From Macrostomum hystrix (lineage: Eukaryota > Animalia > Platyhelminthes), in assembly GCA_950097015.1 (NCBI GenBank), contig CATNEN010000038.1, positions 14,074,001-14,138,000 on the forward strand: 64,000 nt of DNA. Direction: 5' to 3'. The notes beneath the pieces were generated by a model that was not told the origin of the DNA, did no database searches, and saw only the letters and a list, made by a program, of their open reading frames with translations. The position numbers were made by a program, and so were the translations under genes. The first letter of the stretch is position 1, and each line of letters opens with the position of its first letter. Of this stretch, positions 12,340-24,314 are shown piece by piece.

Positions 12340-14137
12340 ATGTCTACAACGGACTTCCGGCTGCCGCCGAATGAGAACACTTTTAGCCGACAGGCGGAGG
12401 CTGACATGCGCGATCCGAAGAAGCGAGCCGCCTTTGGCGCGTTGAAAAAAAATATCCGCGACATCTGGGAGCCTAAGTTTGATGACGACTTCCAGCTGTA
12501 CAGATTTCTGCGCGCCAGGGACTTTGACTTGGCCAAGTCTGAGCAGATGCTCAGGGCTCACCTGCGTTGGCGTAGGGAGCTCAAAATTGATGATCTTGTC
12601 AGCAGATACCAGGTAGGACCATGTTCCATTGATTTCTTGCCAACTTCATTTTACCAGCTATGGTGTGATATAAATCAGGTGTGATGTGAATCAGGTGTGA
12701 TATGAATCAGGTGTGATATGAATCAGGTGTGATATGAATCAGGTGTGATGTGAATCAGGTGTGATATGAATCAGGTGTGATATGAATCAGGTGTGATATG
12801 AATCAGGTGTGATGTGAATCAGGTGTGATATGAATCAGGTGTGATATGAATCATGTGTGATATGAATCAGGTGTGATATGAATCAGTTGTCCTTCACGCC
12901 GCTGCCGCAGATGAAAGAAGTCCTGTCCAAGTATTTCACTGGCGGGCTGTGCGGTCACGACAAGGAGGACAGGCCGGTCTACTACGACCCAATCGGCTGC
13001 ATCGATCCTCAGGGCATCGCCAGGTCCGCCAGCCGCGAGGACCTGTTCATCAGCCGGATCTATCAAGCGGAGAAAATAGTCGAGCAGCTGCTGCCGGAGG
13101 TTCGGGCTCGCACTGGCAAGGCCATCTACGGCGTGACATTCGTGTACGACATGCAGCACTTCGGCAAGAAGCACATGTGGCGGCCCAGCCTGGAATTCTA
13201 CGGCGATCTGGCCCGCACCTGCGAGCAGAACTACCCGGAGACGATCGGCATCGTGTTCATCATCAACGCGCCCGCCATCTTTCCAGTTGTCTTCAACCTG
13301 TTGAAGCCGCTGTTTAATCCGGCCACCCAGGACAAGATTCACATCCTGGGCAGCGGCTATCAGCGCACTCTGCTGCAGTACATCGACGCTGACCAACTGC
13401 CGGCTATCTACGGCGGCAATCGTCGAGATCCGGACGGAGATCCGCGTTGTCGCACGGAGATCTGCTACGGCGGGCCCGTGCCCGAGAGCTACTACCTGAA
13501 GCCGAAATACCCCGACAGCATGCAGTCACAGCACATCGGCCGCCGGTCGAAGCATCGAGTCAGCGTCACCGTGCCAGCAGGGCAGCCACAGCGCTACATC
13601 GAATGGGATTTTGTCACCAACGACGGCGATTTGGGCTTCGAATTGGCCTACAAAGACTCCAACAAAGACAAGGAGAAGGTTTTGGTCTATCCCTACAGGA
13701 AAGTGAACTGCGGAATGTGCCCGTTCTCTGGCATCATGGCTTGCCCGAAGCCGGGCGTCTATGAGGCTACCTTCGACAATTCGTTCAGCTGGCTGAGGAC
13801 AAAGAAGCTGCGATATTATCTGGAGGTGGTGACCGACCTTCGCGGTCAGGAGCCGATCGACGCTGCGGTTCTGGCCAATCTGGCACCCAGCTTCCATGTC
13901 AGCGACTCCTTCGCCAATAATCTGGAGCAGCAGGGCAACGATGATGACTCGGCCAGCAATGATAGCGATGAGGTCGTCAGCAACGGCGTTGCTGCCTGCA
14001 GCCTGGAGAGTGGGTCCGCGGCTGCTCAGCCAGCCACCGCTGCGGCTGCGGCTGCTGCGAGCGCTGCTGACGACGTGTCCGACGCTGAGTCTGATGACAG
14101 TTTCAAGACAGTCAGTTCGTCAGGCTCCAAGCACTGA
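12340..14137 (+). CDS. SEC14-like lipid-binding protein (SEC14L2/3/4 type: CRAL-TRIO N, CRAL-TRIO, GOLD), 499 aa, 2 exons
   Basis: Exons 12340-12612 and 12911-14137. Motifs DDFQLYRFLRARDFDLAKSEQML, GHDKEDRPV, EQNYPETIGIVFIINAPAIFPVVFNLLKP, IDADQLPAIYGG, DPDGDPRC and GOLD-type GVYEATFDNSFSW. Good Kozak context gctaccATG. Confidence 0.95.
12661..12886 (+). repeat. 16-bp minisatellite (tcaggtgtgatatgaa) in the SEC14L intron
   Basis: About 14 units; period checked at 12691/12707. Confidence 0.95.
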
Positions 14138-14235
14138 GAGTAGCACTATAACTAGAAGAGCTCTTTGATTTAAATTTCCTAACGGCCACCTGATTGCTTG
14201 CTGACTTCCTTGCTCCAATTTGATTTGACTTACTT

Positions 14236-16370
14236 AACTAACTGCTGGATAAACAGGCTGGGATAACTGCTGGATAAACAGGCTGGGATAACTGCTGGAT
14301 AAACAGGCTGGGATAACTGCTGGATAAACAGGCTGGGATAACTGCTGGATAAACAGGCTGGGATAACTGCTGGATAAACAGGCTGGGATAACTGCTGGAT
14401 AAACAGGCTGGGATAACTGCTGGATAAACAGGCTGGGATAACTGCTAGATAAACAGGCTGGGATAACTGCTAGATAAACAGGCTGGGATAACTGCTCAAT
14501 AAACAGGCTGGGATAACTGCTCAATAAACAGGCTGGGATAACTGCTCAATAAACAGGCTGGGATAACTGCTCAATAAACAGGCTGGGATAACTGCTCAAT
14601 AAACAGGCTGGGATAACTGCTCAATAAACAGGCTGGGATAACTGCTCAATAAATAGGCTGGGATAACTGCTCAATAAACAGGCTGGGATAACTGCTCAAT
14701 AAACAGGCTGGGATAACTGCTCAATAAACAGGCTGGGATAACTGCTCAATAAACAGGCTAGGATAACTGCTCAATAAACAGGCTGGGATAACTGCTCAAT
14801 AAACAGGCTGGGATAACTGCTCAATAAACAGGCTAGGATAACTGCTCAATAAACAGGCTGGGATAACTGCTCAATAAACAGGCTGGGATAACTGCTCAAT
14901 AAACAGGCTAGGATAACTGCTCAATAAACAGGCTGGGATAACTGCTCAATAAACAGGCTGGGATAACTGCTCAATAAACAGGCTGGGATAACTGCTCAAT
15001 AAACAGGCTGGGATAACTGCTCAATAAACAGGCTGGGATAACTGCTCAATAAACAGGCTGGGATAACTGCTCAATAAACAGGCTGGGATAACTGCTCAAT
15101 AAACAGGCTGGGATAACTGCTCAATAAACAGGCTGGGATAACTGCTCAATAAACAGGCTGGGATAACTGCTCAATAAACAGGCTGGGATAACTGCTCAAT
15201 AAATAGGCTGGGATAACTGCTCAATAAACAGGCTGGGATAACTGCTCAATAAACAGGCTGGGATAACTGCTCAATAAATAGGCTGGGATAACTGCTCAAT
15301 AAACAGGCTGGGATAACTGCTCAATAAACAGGCTGGGATAACTGCTCAATAAACAGGCTGGGATAACTGCTCAATAAACAGGCTGGGATAACTGCTCAAT
15401 AAACAGGCTAGGATAACTGCTCAATAAACAGGCTGGGATAACTGCTCAATAAACAGGCTGGGATAACTGCTCAATAAACAGGCTAGGATAACTGCTCAAT
15501 AAACAGGCTGGGATAACTGCTCAATAAACAGGCTGGGATAACTGCTCAATAAACAGGCTAGGATAACTGCTCAATAAACAGGCTGGGATAACTGCTAGAT
15601 AAACAGGCTGGGATAACTGCTCAATAAACAGGCTGGGATAACTGCTCAATAAACAGGCTGGGATAACTGCTCAATAAACAGGCTGGGATAACTGCTCAAT
15701 AAATAGGCTGGGATAACTGCTCAATAAACAGGCTGGGATAACTGCTCAATAAACAGGCTGGGATAACTGCTCAATAAACAGGCTGGGATAACTGCTCAAT
15801 AAACAGGCTGGGATAACTGCTCAATATAAAGGCTGGGATAACTGCTCAATAGACAGGCTGGGATAACTGCTCAATAAACAGGCTAGGATAACTGCTCAAT
15901 AAACAGGCTGGGATAACTGCTCAATAAACAGGCTGGGATAACTGCTCAATAAACAGGCTAGGATAACTGCTCAATAAACAGGCTGGGATAACTGCTCAAT
16001 AAATAGGCTGGGATAACTGCTCAATAAACAGGCTGGGATAACTGCTCAATAAACAGGCTGGGATAACTGCTCAATAAACAGGCTGGGATAATTGCTCAAT
16101 AAACAGGCTAGGATAACTGCTCAATAAACAGGCTGGGATAACTGCTCAATAAACAGGCTGGGATAACTGCTCAATAAACAGGCTGGGATAACTGCTCAAT
16201 AAACAGGCTGGGATAACTGCTCAATAAACAGGCTGGGATAACTGCTCAATAAATAGGCTGGGATAACTGCTCAATAAACAGGCTGGGATAACTGCTCAAT
16301 AAACAGGCTGGGATAACTGCTCAATATAAAGGCTGGGATAACTGCTCAATAAACAGGCTGGGATAACTGC
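14236..16370 (+). repeat. 25-bp minisatellite (actgctcaataaacaggctgggata), ~85 copies, 3' of SEC14L
   Basis: Period 25 (14241, 14266, 14291...); very homogeneous. Confidence 0.98.
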
Positions 16371-16830
16371 CGAAGCTTTTGGTGCAAGTTTAAATTCTTT
16401 AAGATTTAAAAATATTTACGCCTAAAGTAGTTGTGATGCGTGCGAAATTTTCGTCTGTCTTCCTGTTTTATTTTAAACAAAACTTTTTTTGCTGTTTTAC
16501 TACTAATTTTTACTAGTTCTACTACTTTTTTTCTCTTTTTGCTTGCAAAAAAGTCGCTGCGCTATTTTTTGTGTCTTTTTCTGGCATTGCGTTTTGCGCC
16601 ATTCTTTCGTATAGGATATTATTGCAGTTTTGAGGTGTCGGCTCTTTAGTGGTCGTAGTTTTAAGGGAATCCTTAAAACAGTTCCGTATTTTCTGATAGA
16701 CCTGTATTCATAAAATTAATTTTTAAAGCTACGAATTTTCTAATTAACACGAAAGTAAGCGCAAAACTTTTTTTATTAAAGCCAACAAACCCAACAAAAT
16801 CAAGACCTCGCTGTCAAACTCAGTCCACTG

Positions 16831-17080
16831 GCCAACCTCACTCCACACCAACCTCACTCCACACCAACCTCACTCCATACCAACCTCACTCCACACCAAC
16901 CTCACTCCACACCAACCTCACTCCACACTCAGTCCACACCAACCTCACTCCACACTCAGTCCACACCAACCTCACTCCACACTCAGTCCACACCAACCTT
17001 CTCCACACCAACCTCACTCCACACTCAGTCCACACCAACCTCACTCCACACTCACTACACACCAGCCTCACTCCTCACCA
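16831..17080 (+). repeat. 16/27-bp repeat (ccaacctcactccaca), reverse-complement relative of the 5130 array
   Basis: Its reverse complement tgtggagtgaggttgg shares the gtggagtgaggttgg core with 5130-5590. Confidence 0.88.
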
Positions 17081-18469
17081 ACCATAAACATAAAAACACA
17101 AAAACTTAATGTCAACGAGTTTCTAAACATTTTATTCAGTTTTAAAAGCCAGCGAAAGTTGGTCATCGATGCAACTGTGTTTTGTCTGTCGATATCATGA
17201 CTGTGATATTTGTTCGCTAAACAGATTAATCAATCAAATCGTGCTTGCATTATACACTCTGTGATAGCGTGTTTTTTTAGCTTTCAAAAGTTTTGGTATA
17301 GTTTTTTTGTACACGGCCTGTAAATTTAGCGTCTATAGTATGAATAATGCGGGTTTTATTGGGAGTGAATTAGCTTTTGCTCTTGCCAGCAAAGTTCGGC
17401 TTAATTAGCTCACCTGAATGCTCCGCGTGCTTATTATTACGATAAAAATAAAAATTTTAACTGAAAAATATCCCATAATTTTCGAATTAGCATCTGCAAC
17501 TGCTTTCATTCAATATTAAGAAATAGTGCTAGTTTTTTTAAGCTACTGTTTTAAAAAACGTTTTTTGCTACTTACAGTAGTGTATAGTAAAGTTATTTCG
17601 AATGCATTGCTTGCAAGTTGAAGAGAATCGAGCGTATATATGTAATAAATCATTTTATTCTTAAGTTGTTTACGAGTACTTTTAGCTACATAAAAATTTG
17701 TTGGACTGGATCCGCGAATGTAAACACGGAAAATATGTATGAAAAACAAGCTGCTTAGTTGATTAGATAGCAGTCAACGTCTATACTGGGTTCTTGCATT
17801 TGCGTAGGTCAGATTCTAGACATTGCGTCAATTCACGCAAGACAAAATCTCGGTGGAGAGGTGGAGGTAGGTAGATAGGCAGAGGTAGACAGGTAGAGAG
17901 AGAGGAGAGATAGGGTCAGGGGATCGATTCGAAGCTTTACAGAAGCGAGAGACAAATCATTGGAGCTTTAATAGAAATATGTGAGAAGAGGGGAGAGGCG
18001 AAGAAGAGAAGAGGGGAGAGAGGAGGTGAGAGGGGGTGATAGGGAGGGGATAGGTTGTTAAAAGCAATTGTCAAGAAGAGAACCCATTACGATTATCAGT
18101 GAGGAAGTGTAGAGGAACTGGAAGCGACCCCAGAGAGCAAGATGCACTTATAATGAGAGTTTACCCGGTGCATAACAACACAGCCTGCTTGCACTGGATT
18201 AACCGCAATTTGTTTATTGAGTCGAGAGTGGCTTTCTAGACAACATTTCTTAACTTTTTTACTAATTGAACGGGGCTTCCGTACCCTCAACAATATGAAG
18301 GGCCGATACAGTAATGACTTAAAAATAGTTTATGGACAATGGACCAGCTTTGTAGACGCTAAACTGAATAAAACTAGCTGGGCACATGACAATGGCAGAT
18401 AAGAATGCAATAAAAAGATAAAACTAATCTATTGAAGCATTCACTGAAGAGAAAAAGAAACGCGGCGAC

Positions 18470-18800
18470 CTTTGACTGTCACGCCTGTCAAGCGTGACAT
18501 CGCTGTTGGCCTGGTGGGTGGTGGGGGAGTGGCTGTTTCCATTTCCCAGCTTAGTACTAACTGAAGGTCAGATAAGGCCGTAGATTTCTCTCTCTCTGTT
18601 TCTCTGCTTCTCTCTCCGTCTGTATTTTGTAGCCGCGTTTTCTCATTGGCTGAGAGGCACCGATTAGAAAAACTGTCAACAGTCACGCCTTGCTGGCATG
18701 CGGCCAATGAGAAGCATTAGTACTAATATATCCAGTTTATCTTTAGTTTACTTATTTTAGTCGAGTTGACAAACTTGACAGGGACTTGCGCACGCGTGAC
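18470..18800 (+). promoter_or_regulatory. Putative promoter of the PPP1R3 gene
   Basis: Inverted CCAAT (attgg near 18645), CCAAT at 18704, TATA-like taatatat at about 18724, and four GTCACGC/GCGTGAC motifs upstream of ATG 18854. Confidence 0.5.
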
Positions 18801-18853
18801 TGACTTTCTGAATTAGCTTCTCTGACTGGCTGGAAAAGATTGAGCAAATAATA

Positions 18854-21236
18854 ATGCCATCGAATTTCGCCGCAGCAGTGGACGCCTCCTCCTTCAAGGT
18901 CAGCTGCAGCTTTAGGTCCATCAGCCCAGACCCCGTGTTCAGAGCTGACTCCCACGCCTACGCCAGCTACTTCACTAAGTCGGCTGCGCCTTTGTACAAG
19001 TACACGGACGCTCTGGTGGCAGAGCTGCGTAGAAGCGATGACGAGTCGGACCAAAGCGCGTTTGCCGCCGGCGCCGCCACCACCACTGCCGCTGCTGCTG
19101 CTGATCGCTGCTCTAATTCTGAGGCCAGATTCTATCTAAACAGACTGCGACGCCGCAGGGTGACCTTCGCCGACGAAGTTGGCCTTAAACTAGAGCGGGT
19201 TGCCCGGTTGGACTGCGCTGGCGAGTGGTCCGATGAGGGTGAGACAAGATTTTCCGGATTTATTTAGACTTTGTTTTAATTTGCATCCACATATTTAACA
19301 GTCCAAACTATTCTCGTCAGGATGTATTAATCAAGCTTGGTCACACGTGGCTCAAATGAAAAACTTATACTCATTTCGTTGAAATTCAATATTATTAAAT
19401 AATTCTAGAAACTATCGCGTAGTTTATTTATCCGCTCTTGAAATCTGAGCTCCCCTGACAATTACTGCAGCCGATAAGTCAGCGATCTGAGTTAATTATC
19501 AGGTTCTCAGTTCTCAGGTAAAGCATGGAATCACGCTTCGTGTTTCAAGATCCACGGAGTTGGATATTTGAGACACTGCCTGCAATTAGGGAGTCAAGTC
19601 ACATTTTGAAAAAAGACTAGGCTAAAAAGTCTGACAAAAAGAGAAACATTTTGTATCGACAGGACTAGAAACTGTTAGACACGACTAGAAACTGTTAGAC
19701 ACGACTAGAAACTGTTTGACACGACTAGAAACTGTTAGACACGACTAGAAACTGTTAGACACGACTAGAAACTGTTAGACACGACTAGAAACTGTTAGAC
19801 ACGACTAGAAATTGTTAGACACGACTAGAAACTGTTAGACACGACTAGAAATTGTTAGACACGACTAGAAACTGTTAGACACGACTAGAAACTGTTAGAC
19901 ACGACTAGAAACTGTTAGACACGACTAGAAATTGTTAGACACGACTAGAAACTGTTAGACACGACTAGAAACTGTTAGACACGACTAGAAACTGTTAGAC
20001 ACGACTAGAAACTGTTAGACACGACTAGAAACTGTTAGACACGACTAGAAATTGTTAGACACGACTAGAAACTGTTAGACACGACTAGAAATTGTTAGAC
20101 ACGACTAGAAATTGTTAGACACGACTAGAAACTGTTAGACACGACTAGAAACTGTTAGACACGACTAGAAACTGTTAGACACGACTAGAAACTGTTAGGC
20201 ACGACTAGAAACTGTTAGGCACGACTAGAAACTGTTAGACACGACTAGAATATGTTAGACATGACTAGAAACTGTTAGACACGACTAGAAACTGTTAGAC
20301 ACGACTAGAAACTGTTAGACACGACTAGAATATGTTAGACACGACTAGAAACTGTTAGACACGACTAGAATATGTTAGACACGACTAGAAACTGTTAGAC
20401 ACGACTAGAATATGTTAGACAAAGCGCAGTTAGATAAGTATGGCATATCAGCTTAGAAAATAAAGCCCAACAAGAACCTTGTTTTGATTGGCTGGTGAGA
20501 AACTAGGATAATAAATAGTGCAAAGTCTGTCCGCAAGTCATGTCTCATTTATTTTTAAGTTCAATTAAGCAAATAGTACATTAGCCTGTCTGGAAAATTG
20601 TTTAAGCAACCGACAAGTTACAAAGTTCAATTTTTATCTTATGCATGCAATCAAACACATGCAATGTAACTTTGGTTTAGTAAGAGAAAGACGAAAGGAA
20701 AACAAAAATTTAGAATACAAGTTGTAAATTTTTAATCAGAATTGTCAAGTACATTTTTTATCTGATTTTCATTTGCAGAAGATACCACATCCGTTGCTAA
20801 TGACAACAAAAATTACTGCATCATACCACGCCGATACACAATCTGCGGCAATTTCACCGCCCCGAGGTGTCAAAGGTTGACCAATCAGAGGGCGCCGTCG
20901 ATTCACTTAACGAAGCTGCATTTGCGTCGCGACGCCACTCTGGTTGCCATAGCAACCGTCACCCTAGCAACCAATAGTCGAGTATTCGCCAGAGTGACAG
21001 ACGATAATTGGCAAAGCTATCGCGATGTTGAGGCGCACAATCTCGCTCCGGAGGCTTCGGTTTGTGCCATAGAACTGCTTAGCCGTGCCGATCGATGCGA
21101 TGTTAAACAGCGACAACTGGAGTTCTGCCTCTGCCTCAAGTGGCCAGACGGTAGCGAGGCTGTTTGGGATAACAACCGCGGCAGGAACTACAGACTGGCG
21201 CTGCCTGTAATAGATCAATGTCCAGCAGCTCAGTGA
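18854..21236 (+). CDS. Protein phosphatase 1 glycogen-targeting regulatory subunit (PPP1R3 family, RVxF + CBM21), 280 aa, 2 exons
   Basis: Exons 18854-19238 and 20779-21236 joined by a phase-1 GT-AG intron, in frame. PP1-docking RRRVTFADEVGLKLE; CBM21 motifs VFARVTDDNWQSY, LEFCLC and WDNNRGRNY. Confidence 0.9.
19672..20421 (+). repeat. 20-bp minisatellite (acgactagaaactgttagac), ~37 copies, in the PPP1R3 intron
   Basis: Exact 20-bp period seen directly. Confidence 0.98.
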
Positions 21237-21339
21237 CTACCAAACAGCAATGCAGCTCTGAGCAAATGGCTGAGCTGGGTCTAACCGATTCGATAAATTC
21301 ATACTGATTGAGCACTGGTTAGCTGCTTGAGCCCATAAA

Positions 21340-21545
21340 TATGTGATTAAGGCAAAGACTATAGCTGGTTAAGGCCATAGACTATAGCTGGTTGAGGCCA
21401 TAGACTATAGCTGGTTAAGCCCATAGACCAGCTGGTTGAGGTGGCACTATCTGGTTGAGCCCATTGACTATTGCTTTTTGAGTCCATAAACTTCTGGTTG
21501 AGTCCATAGACAGGCTAGTTGAGTTCCCACTACCTGGTTGAGCAT
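21340..21545 (+). repeat. Degenerate ~21-bp repeat (gactatagctggttgaggccata) 3' of PPP1R3
   Basis: Recurrent ctggttga/ccatagac units. Confidence 0.75.
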
Positions 21546-22177
21546 TATCAACTGTGCCTTACAACTAGGACCTAGCTCGAAATAATAGCTTTGTTCATTT
21601 AGCTAAAATATTTTTTGTTTATTGAGAAAACAAATTTTTTAAATCAAGAAAACCAATAACCTTCATTGCTTGTCATCACGGAAATCATATACATTCTGCG
21701 TACAGTCTACATTTTAAAGAAAAAGTAAACTTTTTTAAGCGTAAAATAACGAGACTAACTCTAGTGCAATATACATTATTTTTGTATTTAAGAATAAACT
21801 TCCTTTCATAGATTTCGTATCTTTTGATTCGGTGCTTATGAAACTGCGTCGTCCCTTTCTGGTCGCTAAAAAAACAAATTATTTGTGCTAAAAACGGTTC
21901 TTAATTGTACTGGCATGACATTAGTTAAAACAGAAAGTTTCAGCTGCTTTTTATTGATGCGAAAAATAAAAAATACATAATGTATCCATTTTCGTCTACA
22001 ATAACGACAATCATTTTAACAAGTATATTAAATTTGAATCCTTGTTCAAACTGATTTTTATTATTTCTTGGAAAACTGTTCAAGTCAACCAGTCCAAATT
22101 GCTCATCAAAATATTTCGTGCCTAGCGCTTTTATAATTTTGGCGTGATCATGTACTTTAAATCATTACGTCATTAAA

Positions 22178-22352
22178 ATATCTGAAGGCTGCGTACAGCT
22201 GTTCAGTCCATGGACTGGGGGGACGCCACACCCGCTTTCAATTACCCAAGCTGATGCTGGTACCCATTTAACAGCTGGGTGAACTCAAGCAATGCAAAGT
22301 TAAGCGTCTTGCTAAAGGACACAAATTGTTCCAGAATCGAACCCCCGACCTT
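22178..22352 (-). mobile_element. tRNA-derived CORE-like SINE (family 1), 5'-truncated
   Basis: Minus strand reads ggggGTTCGATTC (B box), then tgtgtcctttagcaagacgcttaac...cacccagctgttaaatggg, which resembles the CORE domain (gtgaccttgggcaagtcacttaac...ctgtaaaatggg), then cagtccatggactg. Confidence 0.82.
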
Positions 22353-22647
22353 CATTTAATATGTTTCTTTATTTAATGTGTTCTGTAGTTTTTGGCCCCT
22401 GTTCGATGAAAAACTGTTATTTCACGAAGAATATGAAATTCAATTTCAACTTATAAAATGATAAGTTGATTACTAAAAATAGATTTACTTTCAACCACCC
22501 CTGTCTATGGTTGAAATCAAACTGCGGAAATAAATTTTCAGTGCTTCCAATCGCAAAGACGGATGGGAGAAAATGAGAAACATTCTAACCAGCCAAAATT
22601 TTTTTTACGAACAATGTAAGTATTGAATTCTTTGTAGAAGCAGCAGC

Positions 22648-22681
<34 letters not shown>

Positions 22682-22706
22682 GCAATAGCAGCAGCACTCT
22701 ACGACG

Positions 22707-22785
22707 ATGTCAACTGCAGTTAACGGTGGTATCCGAAACAAGCATCGTCACAGGCACAGGCAGTATCCCAGAACAAGCAGCAGCA

Positions 22786-22832
<47 letters not shown>

Positions 22833-24314
22833 GGAATTAGCGGAGGCGGCAGACCCTGCGGCAACTTGCGGACGGCCAGCAAGATTAGGAGAAGAATGAA
22901 GCAAAACACATCGGAAGTAGCCAAGGAGCTCGTGGCCTCATTCAAGACGCTGAAGTTTTCCAGACGAATGACGCGGCGGCAGTCTCGGACATCGCTGAAA
23001 CCTGCGTCACCTGACGCTGCTGCCACCACAGCTGAGGAGGACGACGATGACAAAGCCTTCACCGTGCTGGACTGCAGGTCCCTCGTACTCGGCGGCGATG
23101 GCAAAGGCGACCAGCCAGCTTCAGTGAAGTCGCTCCATTGGCAGCCGCTGCGCATCAGCCTGGAGGACGCAATGAACACAGTCAGCAGCAGCTCTGGCGA
23201 TGACAGCAGCTCCAGCAGGCGTTGCAAGCGGGACGGTCCCAGCTGTCGCCAAAGCAGTCGACCTCGACGGCAACACCATCGAGAACACCGGCAGCAGAGC
23301 GTTCAGAAAGTGCAGCGCGACACAGAACGTCACCACCGGAGCGCCCTGCCGAAGCCTGGATATCCACCGCCGTTGGTATCGCACGCGGCTGGCGACGCTC
23401 CGGGCGTTGACGTCGGCGCCTCCTGGAAAAGCCAGACGCCCCAGTTGGCTGTGGCAGCGGCTGCGCCCAGGCGGCGCTGCTACGTCGGCTTCGAGCGATT
23501 AGACGACCAGCCCGTCATCGAGACGGCGACGCCGATGGCGATATTCGCGCCGCGGTCGGAGCAGGCGAAGATCGGCCGGCATCCGCCGACTGTCACCGGC
23601 TGTTTGTTCCGCTGCGCAGAGTTCCCCAGGCCGGAGCTCGCGGTTCTAAAAGTCGCAGCCGCTCCGCGAGCAATCTCCCCGTTGTCGACGTCGGTGGATG
23701 CGACTTCAATGCGGTCAACGTCGCAGCTCGCGGATTTCTCGGGACATTGCCGAAGCCGTCGTCGTGAGTTCGACACTCAGCGCTGCCATCATAGGCGGGC
23801 TTGCCGGTGCGCCCCAACCGACTGCCATGTCAGAGGCCAGCATCTAGATCGTCGGCGATATCGTTCTCGAAGGCGTCGAAGTATTCACAGGCTTGAGGCC
23901 GGCGACGAAGAATCCGAGATTTGCGCCACAGCCGACGAGTCAATTGTGGACATCAGCGCGTCGACAGTCGTGGAAGAGACACTGGAATTAGCGGCTTCGT
24001 CGTCCACGTTGCGCCGGAATCACCTGCTGGAACCGCCGATGCCGCCCAGCTACCGGGTGTGGGTGCCGGTGGGCGCGAACTCCGGACCGCCTCCGCCCAG
24101 GTGGCTGAAGACTTCAACTGCGACGGCGGCTGCGCTGGAGTGCGGCAACCGGTTGACCCGCACCGCGGCCAGGACGGCCCGGTCGGTGACTCGACGTCTT
24201 CGGCACGCCATCTGCGGCAAGCGCGACCGAGAAACCGCTGCCGGACAGCCGGATGGCACTTGGCCTGCTGGGCAAGCAAATACAGACTGGCATTTGAGGC
24301 GTTCTGAGTCATAG
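22707..24314 (+). CDS. Orphan Ser/Arg-rich ORF (535 aa), probably exon 1 of an uncharacterised gene
   Basis: 1.6-kb mostly non-repetitive GC-rich open frame in an AT-rich background, ATG start, AGC-encoded polySer. No domain recognised. The stop codon lies in the first unit of a downstream satellite. Confidence 0.6.

Noticed and set aside
12259-14168. Alternative-frame and antisense ORFs over SEC14L (and over 22.7-24.3 kb)
   Set aside because: Expected shadows of GC-rich coding sequence; no recognisable motifs.
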